Positions 1 through 13,600 of a stretch of DNA of 64,000 nucleotides are shown here, in pieces (positions within the stretch are counted from its first letter, which is position 1; every line of letters begins with the position of its first letter). A program made the position numbers and the translations under genes. The stretch is from NCBI RefSeq assembly GCF_022045235.1, contig NW_027266286.1, forward strand, positions 46,128,001-46,192,000, in the 5' to 3' direction. Source of the DNA: Haliotis cracherodii. Taxonomy: Eukaryota. The notes beneath the pieces were generated by a model. It ran no database searches. It saw only the letters and a program-made list of their open reading frames with translations, and was not told the DNA's origin.

Positions 1-287
1 ATGCACACGCATGAATGCATACAAACGTGAACCATGAAAGAAGATTGAAGCTCTTGTGCGTCTTAAATATTTGTTTCAGTTGGTGTCTCCACCAAAGAGT
101 TTGGGTGTTGTGATCAGTTGGCTTCTCAAGTGAGTTTACACATTATTCAGAACCCAGGGATGGTATACACACGTTGTATACGTAAGGGGGATTCGAACCC
201 CTGTCTACGGCGACTCAACCACATTATTATAAGGCTAGAGTTGTTACATACTGAAAGGAGACATTCAAGATTTGTTGTTTCTTTGTA

Positions 288-466
288 CAGTAAACTACGG
301 TCATAACGAACTCAAAGGGATCACTAATTGTAGTTCGTAATAACCGTAGTTCGTTATACATGTAAGTATATATACAGCATATATACAACAAATGGCCGGG
401 GAAAAAATATGTTCGCTATATCGGTCAGTTCGTTATAAGCGTGTTCCTTATAAACGTAGTTTAGTG
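288..466. mobile_element. MITE, Tc1/mariner(pogo)-type
   Basis: Terminal inverted repeats CAGTAAACTACG...CGTAGTTTAGTG flanked by TA. Same family as 23763-23938, in the opposite orientation. Confidence 0.75.
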
Positions 467-1359
467 TAATTAGAATGGTAATAATAATGATTCCAAACAA
501 GTATATGGCCTTGTCTTTTCATGCTTTTGTAAATTCCCCTTCTTCGTGTCTTATTTTATGTCATCTCTCGGAACCATGATGTTTCATCAGATGATATTTG
601 AATGAAATACTCAAAAGAGATCAAGAAATTGTGATTTCAATTTGACGCTGCGTTTTGCAAAATTACAACCACATCACGGCTGCGAAATCAAGAATCGACT
701 TCACACATTGTGCCAATGTAGAGAATCGAAACCAGGATGTTTGCGTGAGGAGACAAAGCTGTAACCGGTACGCCACCCACCAAATAAAGCTTGACACAGA
801 TTTGGGAATGATCAATAAAACATGCTGACTTGTTTATGATACAAAATGAACACGAACAGATATTTACAAGGTTTGTATCACTAAAACAGGTGAAGGAAGT
901 CCCAGATGCGCCAGAAAAGAGAGATAAGTGTGAGAGAACTGTCGTTTCAACATTACGTACATGTGTGGTGTAAATGAGTATTAATGTTCCTCCTAAAGAT
1001 TGACAGACAGACACATAAATTTACAATAATGTATCTCACATCCCGTAAGCAGATGCAGTGGACATCCTATGTACATGCAACTGTCATATGTTACATGTCG
1101 CACGGTGTAAATATGTAGAGAGCTCGTAAGAAATTAATCTTCAGTACAAGAAGCCGTCATATGCAGCATCTGTACAAGCCTCACCAGCTAAATTAAAAGC
1201 TGACGCTTCAGGAAGCGCGTTCACACCTTAGAGACAAAACAGAAATAGGTTTGTTCGTGTTATGAATAATTTTTTTTAACTGTGTTGTCAAACCAGTGTG
1301 TTCTGTAAAGAACGTCGTTGACATTCTGCGAAGTGTGAGCAGAAGAGACGCATATCGTA

Positions 1360-4300
1360 ATGCTTTGTATTAAGGGTCCGATGTACTGGATTGGTCTCAT
1401 CTGTGGGGGCTGTATGTCTCGTGAGTATCACCATAATCACTTTATTGTTGTTATTTGGAATCAGTGTTAATACAAGGTGTATTGGCGACTATTTAGCTTC
1501 CTGTAAAATTGCTAATGTCCTTCCCAGAAACATTATGACATGACATGTCAAGAGTTGGCTTAAAGATTCCATCTTCTTTATTCTTCGAACGTGACGTTTC
1601 GGTAACGAAAGAATATAAAGAACTTGCTATTTCTTCACCTGTTTCTATTTTTACAAACCACACTCATGTATATGCTCATGCGGACTTTATATCATTGATA
1701 GGTCATTGAAAGCGTAAAGCAGTTGGTATCCATAACTCAACTTTGTCTTCATTGATAATGCAGTTTCTAAAATGTCACTTAAAGATAACGACGACATAAT
1801 TCACACAGTAGTTAGTGGGTTATTCTCCACTGAGTCTGCTAATCAAACAAATCCAATGTTTCAGGCATCTTGGCATACTGGTAATTACAATAGGGTGAAT
1901 AACCCTTACACATATCTCATAACCGTAACATATCATTTGCTTCAATATGCCAAATGAATGTGTTTATAGATACATCGTATATCCAACAATGAGCAAAGTG
2001 TAAATAAATCAATTTCAGTTATCTCTGTAAACGGAACACCCGTGTTCAATACGTTCTATGGCCCGCCAAGATCACCTCCCTCGCAGACGTTATTGTCTAC
2101 GGCAACAACGTCTACTTCAACAGCGTCATCAACACTTCAGTATACATCACCAGCATTTGGAACGCAAATATCTACTGACGACCCCGTGGTGTCGACACTG
2201 TCCGTCACGACGACAAATCCAACGACGACTACAACAAACAAAACAGCAGCAACAACTCTATTGATATACACCAATACGTCGTCATCGACTTCGGCTCCAA
2301 CAAGCACGGCAATTTCAACACCGAGTTCACACTCGACGGATTTTGATCACCAGCGAAACATTTCTTTGGAACCCGAAGGAAACAGCACAAGTACAGATTC
2401 GACTAGTTTTTGGTCCACGACATCGTCTCCGAGGAGTACTGTGCAAAATGCGTCTCCAGATAACCAACAGAATGACAACGTGGACAATCTGAATACATTG
2501 GGTAAGGTTAACTTCATGTCGTTATTCCAGATATTATAGTGAATATCATCTGCAGAATAATTGACTATTAATAAGCATGCGTTGATGTCACCGAAGGCGC
2601 TCACATAATGCCTATAGTCCTTGCCACTTAAAATAGAATCACGAACTATTGCGATGATTTATTAGGTGAGGTGAAGTGAAATGGGGTTTAACGTCGCTTC
2701 CAAGATTTTTGCACTGATATAGCGACGTGCGTGTACGTGTGTGTGTTTGTGTGGCTGTTTGTACTAGTCCGGACTGATGCCGATTTAAAGTGCTAGCTCA
2801 CTGAGATACCATGCCGCAGTTTAACATGAATACCCCACTCAGACACAGTACACTGACTCCGAGCCGACCAATCCTTGCTTTAGTCCCTTAATGCCGAGCG
2901 CCAGACAGGGTAACAACAAGTACCATCTGTTAACGTCTTTTGGTATGACACAGCCGGGGATCGAACCCCGGATCTTCCGCTCTCCGGGCGGACGCTCTAC
3001 CACTAGACCACGGAGGCGGTTGATGATTTATAAAAGAAGATAGCTGCATGTGTGCTAATACTTATAAAGTGGAAAACAAGCCATTCCGCAGAATATTACT
3101 TACATTAATTGCAAAGTGCGCTTTTTAAGAAATATCCATTTTGTTGGCGACAAACATCATCATTGTGTTTTGATCACGTGGTTACCATCTGGGTAAGAAT
3201 CGACCAACAGTTGACTACGAGCAGTTATATTTAGCAGTGACCTTGGCCAAAAGCGTTTTTAATACTACATATGCACGTGTTGTTTTAGTTCGTGCTCGTA
3301 GTGTACGGACGCTGCCGAAGATAACCCAGATAGTAATCACGTGATCACAACTCAATGATGATGATGATGTTAATCGCAAGCAAAATGGATCACTGGCAGG
3401 GACTGTATGTTATATATTCACGGCTTCGTTCCCATAATTAGAGAGTATTAGTCGAGTGGGTTTCCGTATAGTAAATATCATATAATAGTATTAGGAATAA
3501 TAATTGTCTTATGCGAGACTTTGGCAAGCATTTTGCATAGTATTTATTCGAATCCTTATACATAATTTTAACGTATAATAAGGTAATAAATAAATGTATT
3601 TATCACTTAATGTCATTTTATCAATTGTCGATGTTTCAGAAGTAATTTTCGCACTGACGTAGCTTTAGAAACCGAATATGAATACAATTTGTGAGTGAAC
3701 CGTCCAATTTATGATATAGTGCCAATGACAAGCAGCCATGCCTGTCTTCAGAAACACTAAGACACAACTGTAAACCCCACACCAAGCATATATGTTACGT
3801 CAGTTGAGAGTTTATTGAGAAGGAAGGCATTAATGTTTGGACTTGAAAGTAGTTCCTGCTAGGTGAGCTCATTTGCATATATATATATATATATACCAAG
3901 TATACGGGATGGGAATCAATAATACTAACCAGGACATGTTAATTCGTTGCACCAGAAACACGTTCACCCGAAGGATTTCACTGGGACCCAGGAGGTTTAA
4001 CTGTATGATAGTGTATCACTGATTTCTTGTGTGGAACTCCGCCCGCGGAATGTATCATGGATGTACTTACAGGTGGCGTTATATCCGGTTCCGTTGTTGG
4101 AGCTTTCATCCTTCTGCTTGCCTTCGTGGCTGTGTTTATATTTGTTGGTGAGTAGCTTTAGTAGGGACGGTAGCACTTCATGTTATATGCTTGTCGTAAG
4201 AGGCGAGTTATTGGATCGGATGATCAGGCTCGCTGATTTGGTTTGATGCATGTCATCGGATCCCAACTGTGTGGATCGATGCTCATGACGTCTATGACTG

Positions 4301-5373
4301 GATTGTCAGGTCCAGACTCGGTTATTTACAGACCACCGTCATATAGCTGGAATATTAATGAGTGCCGCGTTAAACGATCAAACAAACAAATAAACAAATT
4401 TCATGTATCTCGCTGGAATTCGCAGAAAAGGTCCCACAAAACCATGATTGTCTTTTGTTTGTTTGTTTGTTACCTTACTCCGCATTCAGCGGAGATATCT
4501 AAGCCACATGGCGGCGACCAGACACAATTGCGTCATTTATATTGCGAGCATGGCTCTACGCCGTTGGGGTACGATAACAGATAACACGTATCGTCCAAAC
4601 TGTGTATTGCGTAGACACAATGTAAAAAGTATTAGTGTCATCTTACCGGGGTAGCCTTGGCCGTTGCTCATGCTATCAACCACTTTGTTGCCCTGAGAGT
4701 ATTATCAGCGGCTGTTATATAATTTAAAATACTGCTGATTAAATGAAAGTAATAAACCTTTTCCATAATCGTCCATTGTACGATTCCGATTTTATGAATC
4801 ACTGTCAAATAGTGATGATGCCAGGTGTTCGCAAAAGCAGCGAACACCCCTCATGATCCTTAATAGTTAAAGTTAACGTGGATGTTACTGGAATTCTATG
4901 CCATTAATCGCTTATATATTTATCCGGATCCATATGGATACCAGCTTATATGTTTCCACAATTTAGTATTTATAGATATATTGCATACCGATATTAGACG
5001 AATAACAATGTCGTAATTGCGCTAATTACCTATCAGCGCCAATTATCAGTTAGCTCCCCTTGTTACATTGCGTTTTGTTATCTTATTACTTTTGTTGTCC
5101 TTACATGTACATATATATGCTCTCTGTCTCAAAGCATTCTTTCGCCTGATGAAGGAGTCAGTATATACTCCGAAACGTTGTGTTCCTCTTAATAAAGAAG
5201 TTGACATCCATAACTGCTCTTCCTAATCATGACGTATACAAGTGAGATCTACCTTTATCATTATTTCAGGGCATCGTAGAAACACGATACATGAAGTGAG
5301 ACCGGAGGATGAATATAGCAGCATGTACGTCTACCACTGTGTGATGGCTCTTCCGTTTGCTTACAAGCCTTGA
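1360..5373 (+). CDS. Gene A: mucin-like type-I membrane glycoprotein (signal peptide, Ser/Thr stalk, TM, short Tyr-containing tail; about 233-240 aa)
   Basis: Exons 1360(or 1381)-1420, 2019-2501, 4073-4147 (TM GGVISGSVVGAFILLLAFVAVFIFV) and 5270-5373 (HRRNTIHEVRPEDEYSSMYVYH...KP*), all GT-AG phase 1 and in frame. The first exon and the 3' end are less certain (possible further donor near 5325). Confidence 0.65.
2667..3020 (-). mobile_element. tRNA-derived SINE with Meta-like central domain
   Basis: Minus strand shows A box (GGTCTAGTGG), B box (GGTTCGATCCC), body GATTGGTCGGCTCGGAGTCAG...CAGTGAGCTAGCAC and flanking direct repeat GATGATTTAT. Several copies occur in the window. Confidence 0.8.
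4187..4397 (+). mobile_element. GACCCGTGAAG-family SINE-like copy (5'-truncated)
   Basis: Aligns with 45111-45374. Confidence 0.75.
5140..5200 (+). ncRNA. Minimal hammerhead-ribozyme-like motif, typical of Penelope-like element pseudo-LTRs (probably degenerate)
   Basis: CTGATGA (5146-5152), stem II GGAGT/ACTCC, GAAAC-GTT, then AATAAA (5191-5196). The expected cleavage triplet reads GUG rather than NUH. Confidence 0.6.
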
Positions 5374-7645
5374 TATCGGCCGTCTGTTAAAATGTACAGG
5401 CACAAGTTTTGCTTTGATAGAGATATTTCTGAGTATCTAGATGGCGATTCGGTGATGACTGTGGTATTGGAATACAAATACCGAGAGTATCGTGAAAGCG
5501 ACACATTTTCAGGTCAATTTCAATAAATTCTAGTACGCATAAACAATTCTTATTAACAACGTTTTGTTGTCCCCTATAATTCGTTACTGACTGGCATGGC
5601 TCCCTACCACTTCAAATTGACACGCCGTGACGTGACTGAATAACTCTCCACAGCGGCGTTAAACTCACTCACTGACTCACTTACTTACGTTGAGTTAAGA
5701 AATAAACGACGAGTGCGAGTCGTTCATTGTTCAGTTAAACACTGCAGGGATATAACCATGATGAGTTGAGCAATAAAACTTGGCAGGGAAAAACCCATGC
5801 GGGCCCACGAGTCGTATGTACAGCCTGTTTAAATATGTTTATAAAATGTATTGTAAAATAATTGTGACTCCCTGAAAATAATCCGTCCTCGGCAATGTCT
5901 AACATGACCATTTAATGAACAGGGTGGTTAAGTTTGGTATTTCCCAGATATTCTCATAATTTTCACGTCGATTATCTATACCTTTTCTTCCAATATTGAC
6001 TGTCATATCTCGCCCACTATTGGATGGGATCGTTGGACCATAGCGTTTATCTCTGTTGCCCGGCTTCATCTATGGGGAACAACTCACCACACACTTCCCT
6101 CTCAAGTATAACGTCGTCCAATATACTACGTCATCCATATGCAAGCGTATGTTCGAATCTCCAGAAATGACGTCATTACAGAACAATGATTTATCGTGAA
6201 ATGAACCACGCCTCGCCCTGTATTGTTCTTTGCGATTTATCGCATAGCTATCTTACATTAGTTGATGAACATGAAGCGATGAAGGTAGGTCACATGTGGT
6301 CATGTTAACGTTGAAATGTAAGATAAATAAAGTTTATTAGTACTCTACCCTGTCAGTTGTGATGTTCCTGTGTTAAAGCTAACACAGGGTCTGATATATC
6401 GAATGACCACTATTACAAAGTCAAGTATGACTGAATGAACAGGAACATGAGTAGTGTGTGAATTTCGTTTGCAACCGCTTTGAACAGTAGTAGTATTTCA
6501 GTTACTGCACGGTATGTCAGAATAATAAACCAGGTCATAGTTGTTTACCCCTTCGCCGAAACCAACTATTATTTAGATTCGAACCCTAGCCGAACCCTAG
6601 CCGAGATCCAAACACGGTAGCTGGTCACAACTCAATAAATAAGGACACCTTAGACTTTCGGATATCACAAGACCTCTAATGACCCCGGCGCCCATCATCC
6701 TTGGCATATACACACATGTATGGAACTTGTATCCATGACGACCACATCATTCTGACCGAGTAACTAATCATGATAATCAAACAGATTACTCCGTCACAAA
6801 TATTCACACCGCTTACTCATAAACATCATGATTTCAATGTTAGGCGATGTAAATATATAGCTCTCGATGTCGTAATATTTACTTGTGACAGGGTAGTCAC
6901 GAGTAGATCAACTTCCAGGATCGTGATTCCCCTTTAATCACCACCCGTATTACCACCCCAATATCCACTACAAGGGTATTGTACACAGGGCGTGTTCCAA
7001 TTGACATCAAACATCCAGAAACATATATCACAACCTTACTATCCGCTAAGCTGGATGCCAGTGATCTTATCTATACTGTTTCTAACATGTGGGCCTTTGT
7101 CTACCAATGCTCCACCCGTTCTGACAACATACCGCGGTAGTCAATTCAGCGTCAGTTTGCTTTAATATATGTTAGGCCCGCGGCTTCCATTGGATGCTGT
7201 ACGTATAGCGTTATATTGACGTTGACATTGTGTAGCAATCCTCATCTTCGCGAGTGTATTTGAATAAGCCAGAACTGCTTTTATATGGTTTAACGCCATT
7301 GGTCTGTGAAAACATTAGTGCATGAATAGAGTTGTATGGAAACTGAAACGATTTCGTAGCAGCACCTGAATGACTGTGCTACGTTAGGTTTATGTTACTT
7401 TCACACCGTTTGAATGGAGGTTACGTTATTTCTGTTGGGGGTGATTGCGTCACATACTTGAGGAACCTTTTGACTACAACTGTCTGAACTCGCCACCAGA
7501 GACCTATTGCGGATGTCACATCCAGGGAGAGGCGATCTACCATGGATGTTACTGTATTTCCTCGTGTACATCGGGAACAGTTTCGTCACGTTGATCGAAG
7601 TGTATTGACTTCACTGCTTGTCGTATTGTAAGAGATCATTCCAAG

Positions 7646-10612
7646 ATGAAAACGTGTAATGGATTGACCTTTGTTGTGCTGCTGGGGAATACATTGTTCC
7701 TGGTTGGTGAGTATGGGCTTTTCACATACCAGGTATACATGCTCTGTATTCTGAACTGTATACTCAAGATATTGTCTTCTCTGTGAAGTCTTCGACCTGA
7801 TTCTGCAGTGTGTTATAGACTGATGATATAGTTAAGTGTTCAGGCGTGATAAATACAATACGGGGAGACTATATGTTTAGAGCGTGAAAGGTAAGTAAAA
7901 TATTTATAAAACAATATATTGTGTGGCATACTGTGTGCGTTTGAAGAAATGATGAATGTGTTAGGGATAAGTCTTAATGTTGCATGGTGATCAGTATTTA
8001 AGGTGTTGATAGGGAAGAATGTTTAGTGTGTGAAATGTAGGCCAAGGATATAACTTTCATATTGGAGAGGTACAACATTGATAGAACTTTGCTATGTGTT
8101 TGAATGATACAATGTGAATGCGACTACAACAATAATCTAATGTGCGAGATGAGATTGCAGTACGAAAGGATCCATGGAAATGGCTAAGGGATTTGTGTTT
8201 GAAGTATGCTGTGTTTATGAGATGAAATGTTTAGTGTGTGGTAGATGCATATTGTGGATAGGACTACATGTCATTGATTAGTTTTTGAGAGTTTCACTGT
8301 GGACATTTTTAGGACGACAGGTTTATTTTGTGAGAGATACAGTTTGAAAACTTTAAGAACTACATGTTTAGTGTTTGAGAGATACAGTTTGGAAACTTTA
8401 AGGACGACACGTTTGGTGTGTCAACGATACAGTTTTCAGAACTTTAAGGACTACACGTTAAGTGTTGAGATATACAGTTTGGAAAGGAATACACGTTTAG
8501 TGTATACAACATACAATGTGAAAAGGATTCAATCTTTTGTGTGTGAGAGATATAGTGAGGTTGAGACTACATGTTTAGAGTGTTGAAAATACACTGTGGA
8601 AAATATATCTACGTGTGGAACATGCAGTGGGGAAAGGACTATACGCTTTTTTGTTGAAAACACTGTGTGGAAGGGACTATAGGTTTGGCGTGTGATAGAT
8701 ACTGTGCGGAAAGGATATTTAGTGTGTCAGAGAGACATTGTGAACAAGACTACACGTTAAATGTGTGAATAATAATGTGTTGGAATGACTATATGTTTAG
8801 TGTGTCAGAGATACAGTTTGGAAAGGACTATACGTTTTGTGTGTGAACAATACTGTGTGGGAATGACTACGTGTTTAGTGTGTCAGAGATACAGTTTGGA
8901 AAGGACTGTACGTTTCGTATGTGAACAATACCCAGCGGAAAGGACTACATGTTTAATGTGAAAAAAAATCAGGACTACATTTTAATTGTGCGGGTGACAA
9001 ACACAGTGTGAATGCTTATTCAGGACTGCATGTTTTGTGTGTGGATGTAGATATAGTATGGCTGTGAACATACAATTTACGTGAATATGAATTACAAAAT
9101 GTGTATACTAAGTTTATTGTGGTCTTAATATAAGCATCCGTGTCAGTAGTCTTAAACTTTGATATAACACGCACACATCCAGCACACAGAGATAAAATAT
9201 TGCTATATATACTGGCGTTTATTTCTTTTTTTTTATTCATTTCATTGTGCCAGTTACACGTATCAGTCACCAATGTCTATCTTGTCTTAACTGCAAAGTC
9301 CCTTCTAGAGACGTACACGTTTTGTCTGTTCTATATGTTCTTTACCTGTTGTTGCATGTTCGCTTCGCCCTTTTTTTATTCGTACTTCTATGCTCACCAA
9401 AACCTCCACTTCGTTTTGATAACTGTGGGAAATCTTGTAATATCAAAAAACATATTGTCCATAAATTACTGCAATTCACTAATATGTGTTTTAATGCTGA
9501 ACTGTGTAATACCATTTTTAACTGTAACTGGGATAACCAAATGAATTGATCTGTCTCGCTATTTGTGTTGTTGTTAGGTCAAAAATGATAAAACAGCCTA
9601 AAAATTCCCAGACTTACTTTCTTTAATTACTACTTTTCGAATACCTGTTCCTTTCGTAACCTACAAGTCACTGTGGAGGTTTTAGTTGAAGGCCATCTTG
9701 ATCCCTACTGTCTGATATCTTCTTTCATCCCTGCTCCTCTCAGGCCACGTTGTTCGCTCTGCCTGCCCAGATGACGGAACACCGGGTAAGATGCTACTGG
9801 TCGTTTGATAGAAGGTTGATAATCAATGTTGTATATTTATTTATTGAATTGTTCTTGATCTCTGTTTCACGTTTGATCTTCCAAACCCACACATGTCCCA
9901 AGTAACGCTTATAAAGCCCTGTAGAAGTCACATAATTAATCTTTTAGGGGAAGTAACGTTTTGATAATAGGAATTAAACGTCCAATTTACTTCAAAAGTG
10001 TTCTTATTTTCTATTCTTACAAAACAGTATACTAAGGTTTTGTCTATATCCTTCAATATCAATTTATTTTATTGTTCCCAGTACTAGAGGGTATGTTTAC
10101 AACTCTCTATTTCGTGTATGTAACTGTCTCAATTGTTCGTCAGTGCTGCAGATGTGTACAGCAGAATCACTAAAAGTGTTTGGAGCCTACCTAGACTCAA
10201 AAGGCATGGCGGATGCCTACCTCGAGTGTTCTTGCAGAGTAGAGTCCTCTTCACCCGATGTTGTTACTGTGACCCCGAGTAGCACACTGAACCCCACAAC
10301 ATGCAAGTTCACGGATGTGTTTTTCAATGCTGGACTGAGTAATGCCAATTATAACTGGAATTGTGATAACCCCAATGGATTTTCCACGGTAAATGAACGA
10401 GTCGACAATAGAGGCCCTCTCAGTTTTACTATCAAAAGGACAGACACGTCGAACAGCCCTGATCCTGGATACTGCATACTTCTTACAGCACAGACGGGTA
10501 TGTTTTCTTTTTGCTACTACTATTTCTTGTACTTTATCATAAAAACATGTTCACACACACACACGCACGAACGCACGCACGCACGCAAGCACGCACGGAC
10601 GGACGGACGGAA

Positions 10613-10651
<39 letters not shown>

Positions 10652-13600
10652 CGGACGGACGGACGGACGCACGCACGGACGCACGGACGCACGGACGCAC
10701 AGACGGACGGACGCACGCACGCACGCACGCACGCACGCGCGCGCGCATTCACATATACATAGATACTATTTATTTTGCACATGTAATTTTGTCAGTATAA
10801 TTTACTTAAAACACAAGTACATCAATACATGTATGTGTATAAATGTATGTGTGTGTATGAAAAACAACGATGCTGCGGATGCTGCGCGAGTGATACAAAA
10901 GAAAGAAATTAAATACCAATGTATACCAATACCAATTTCATGTGTGACACATCATAGCACTGACATTCAATTTATGTATTGACAAAATTGATCATATGGA
11001 CACATTGGGCTGGGGCGTTCGGGTAGCCTTGTGGTTAAAGCGTTCGCTCGTCACCCCGAAGACCCGGGTTCGATTCCCGACATGGGTGGAATGTGTGAAG
11101 CCCATATCTGGTGACCCCTGCCGTGATATTGCTGGAATATTGCTAAAAGCGGCGTAAAACCATACTCACTCACTCGCTCACTCACTTAAACACATTAGGG
11201 ATTGCCATGATGTCATCCAACGTGTCGCACTCATATGAACCTGGGTTCAAATCCAGTTTGTAATCTAAGCAAAACGTCGTGATATAGCTGAAAATACGCT
11301 GTTTCATCATTATCGTCTCTCACATTATACTATGCAAAATTGGGATTGTGTATTAATACCAATTAAAACTACACATTTTAGTTGTTGATGTCATATGCGG
11401 CGAACAGCTACAAACAACGTCAACAACTACAAGAAGAGGTATGAACACGATTGATGCGTTTCCATTAAAACGTCGGACCACCACTGCACCTCCGGTCACA
11501 ACGACAGAGACAACGACAACGGTAACAACAACAACAACGGCAGATACGACATCGCCAATTACTTCAGCATCGACAGAACAAACAGTATCATCAACAACGT
11601 CCCTACAACGAGATACGACGCCGCCTGACGTTACAACGTCAACATCTGACTCATCCAGTAGTTCAACAACAAGTGCGCCCGCGCTATTCTCATCATCTGC
11701 ATCCACTACAGATGCAACAACACAACCAGCATCCTCAGACTCATCCAGTGGGGATACAGTATCACCTGTCTCCGTGACCGCGAGGAATACGTTCCGGCGG
11801 GATAATGCCACCGTAGCGATTCTACCCTTCCCTCCTTTTAAAGGTAAATATTGCTCTGTGTGCTTGTCATTTATACAAAGCCACATCTTCGGATGGCTTC
11901 TTGAAATTGGAAGAACGTGAAGTCATGTCACTTTAGTGAATAACATCATGTCATTGATGAAGAGGCAAAACAGTAGCCTCAACCGTTCCAAAAAAAATTG
12001 ACGTTACAATTTATTAAAGTCTCATTTCTTCACATACAAAGTATATTGATATTGTAAAATCTACAATTTATGTTGTTTTTGATATTTGGTAGAGCATGAT
12101 AGGTTTTTGGACCAAGTACATATAAAGGCAAATAAGTATCAAATAAAATGATCACAGGGAAACACTGAAACACTGATCCCGTTTTTACAAAGCTTCTACG
12201 TTTTTTGCCCTTCAGACAGTATGACTTATGAAACATTTTATTTGCATTGATTTGCTCTGATTACCGCGAATATAACTGCATTTCACTGAATATCACCATG
12301 ACCATTGCTTTGTTTGAGAGAGTGACATTAACATATTTCAATAGTCTAACAAAGGTTAGGTGCGGTCGGGTAGCCTAGTGGTTAAAGCGTTCGCTCGTCA
12401 CGCCAAAGACCTGGGTTCTATTCCCGACATGGGTACAATGTGTGAAGCCCATTTCTTGTGTCCCCCGCCGTGATATTGCTGGAATATTGCTAAAAGCGGC
12501 GTAAAACCATACTCACTCACTCACTCACTCACTCACTAACAAAGGTTCATGGAGACTGAACTGAAATAGAGAGTCTGTAACAGTGGCACAGGGCATTGCA
12601 TTGGACCTACCTGTTGTTGGTCGTATGCAATATATGGAAAAGATAGGAACCACGTCTTATTGTTTGTGATGTCTCCCCTATTTGAAACATGTTTCCAATA
12701 CAGCTACCACTATCACAACAACGAAAATACAGGGGAGGCTACTCCCCGCCTTGCCAAGTCAACCAGTGTTTACAGGTATACGAGGGACGAAGTTGGTGTA
12801 GATGTTGGGTCACCTCCTGGAGCTTATGCTTGTAGTCTAGTCGGCTCGTTTGTATAAAGATCACTCTAGTTGTTATAAATTTTTTTTTGTGGATATGTGC
12901 AAATATTTGATGTTTAACACACTATGATAATTGTGGAAAAAGAACAAAATGTAGAGGCGGTGGATGTGATTAGGGCCAGTTACTCTAGAAAGCTTTGGTG
13001 TGGCTGTGATTTTAGTTTCTTTGCACACATTTTGGGTGGTGCTTTCACGAGGTGCATGGAGATTTTTGAATAATGCATGATATGTGACCTGACATGGTCG
13101 TGGTTTACTGTCAAAATGTGGCTCCAGGTTCTTAACGTGCGTTATACCACTAGGGTGTGTCTATTGTTTTACCCAGTTGTAACTACCCTGTGTGTTTACG
13201 TGCTGTGTTTGGACGATTGGATTTAATGCCAGGGGAGTAAGCCTTGGTTCTGGGTTTTGCGTTATTGTGTGAAGTGCATTGTATTACAGACGTGTGACTA
13301 TGCTTGTCGAAGGAGGCGACTAGCGGGATCGGGTGGTCAGGCCCGCTGACTTGGTTGATGCATGTCATCGAATCCCAATTTCGTGGATGGATGATCATGA
13401 TATCAGTCACTTGATTGTCTGGTCCAGACTCAAGTATTTACAGACTGCCGTCATATACTTGGAATATTGCTGAGTGTGGCGTTAAACAACAAACAAACAA
13501 ACAAACAAACACACAAACAAAACATTTATGATCTGCCTAATGATCATATTGGACTCCTCCAAAATTATCATAACAGACTGACGCGCGAAATACTGACAGT

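Noticed and set aside
6024-6170. Short frame MGSLDHSVYLCC...HPYASVCSNLQK as a possible extra cytoplasmic exon of gene A
   Set aside because: An in-frame stop lies just upstream (5997) with no acceptor AG in between, so it cannot be joined with confidence.
8299-8586. 95-aa repetitive ORF
   Set aside because: Translation of an intronic minisatellite; no splice signals or start context.
9140-9549. Hydrophobic 134-aa and 100-aa ORFs resembling membrane proteins
   Set aside because: T-rich intronic sequence with a retroposon-like tail; no compatible splice sites.
10511-10982. Arg/Ala/Cys/His-rich ORFs on both strands and the C-terminal half of the 279-aa ORF
   Set aside because: They are translations of the (GCAC)n/(GGAC)n microsatellite in an intron; the true exon ends at the donor at 10497.
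11011-11085. tRNA-like sequences (also at 12360, 37800, 49850, 2950 and 20193)
   Set aside because: These are SINE heads followed by SINE bodies, tails and target-site duplications, not stand-alone tRNA genes.
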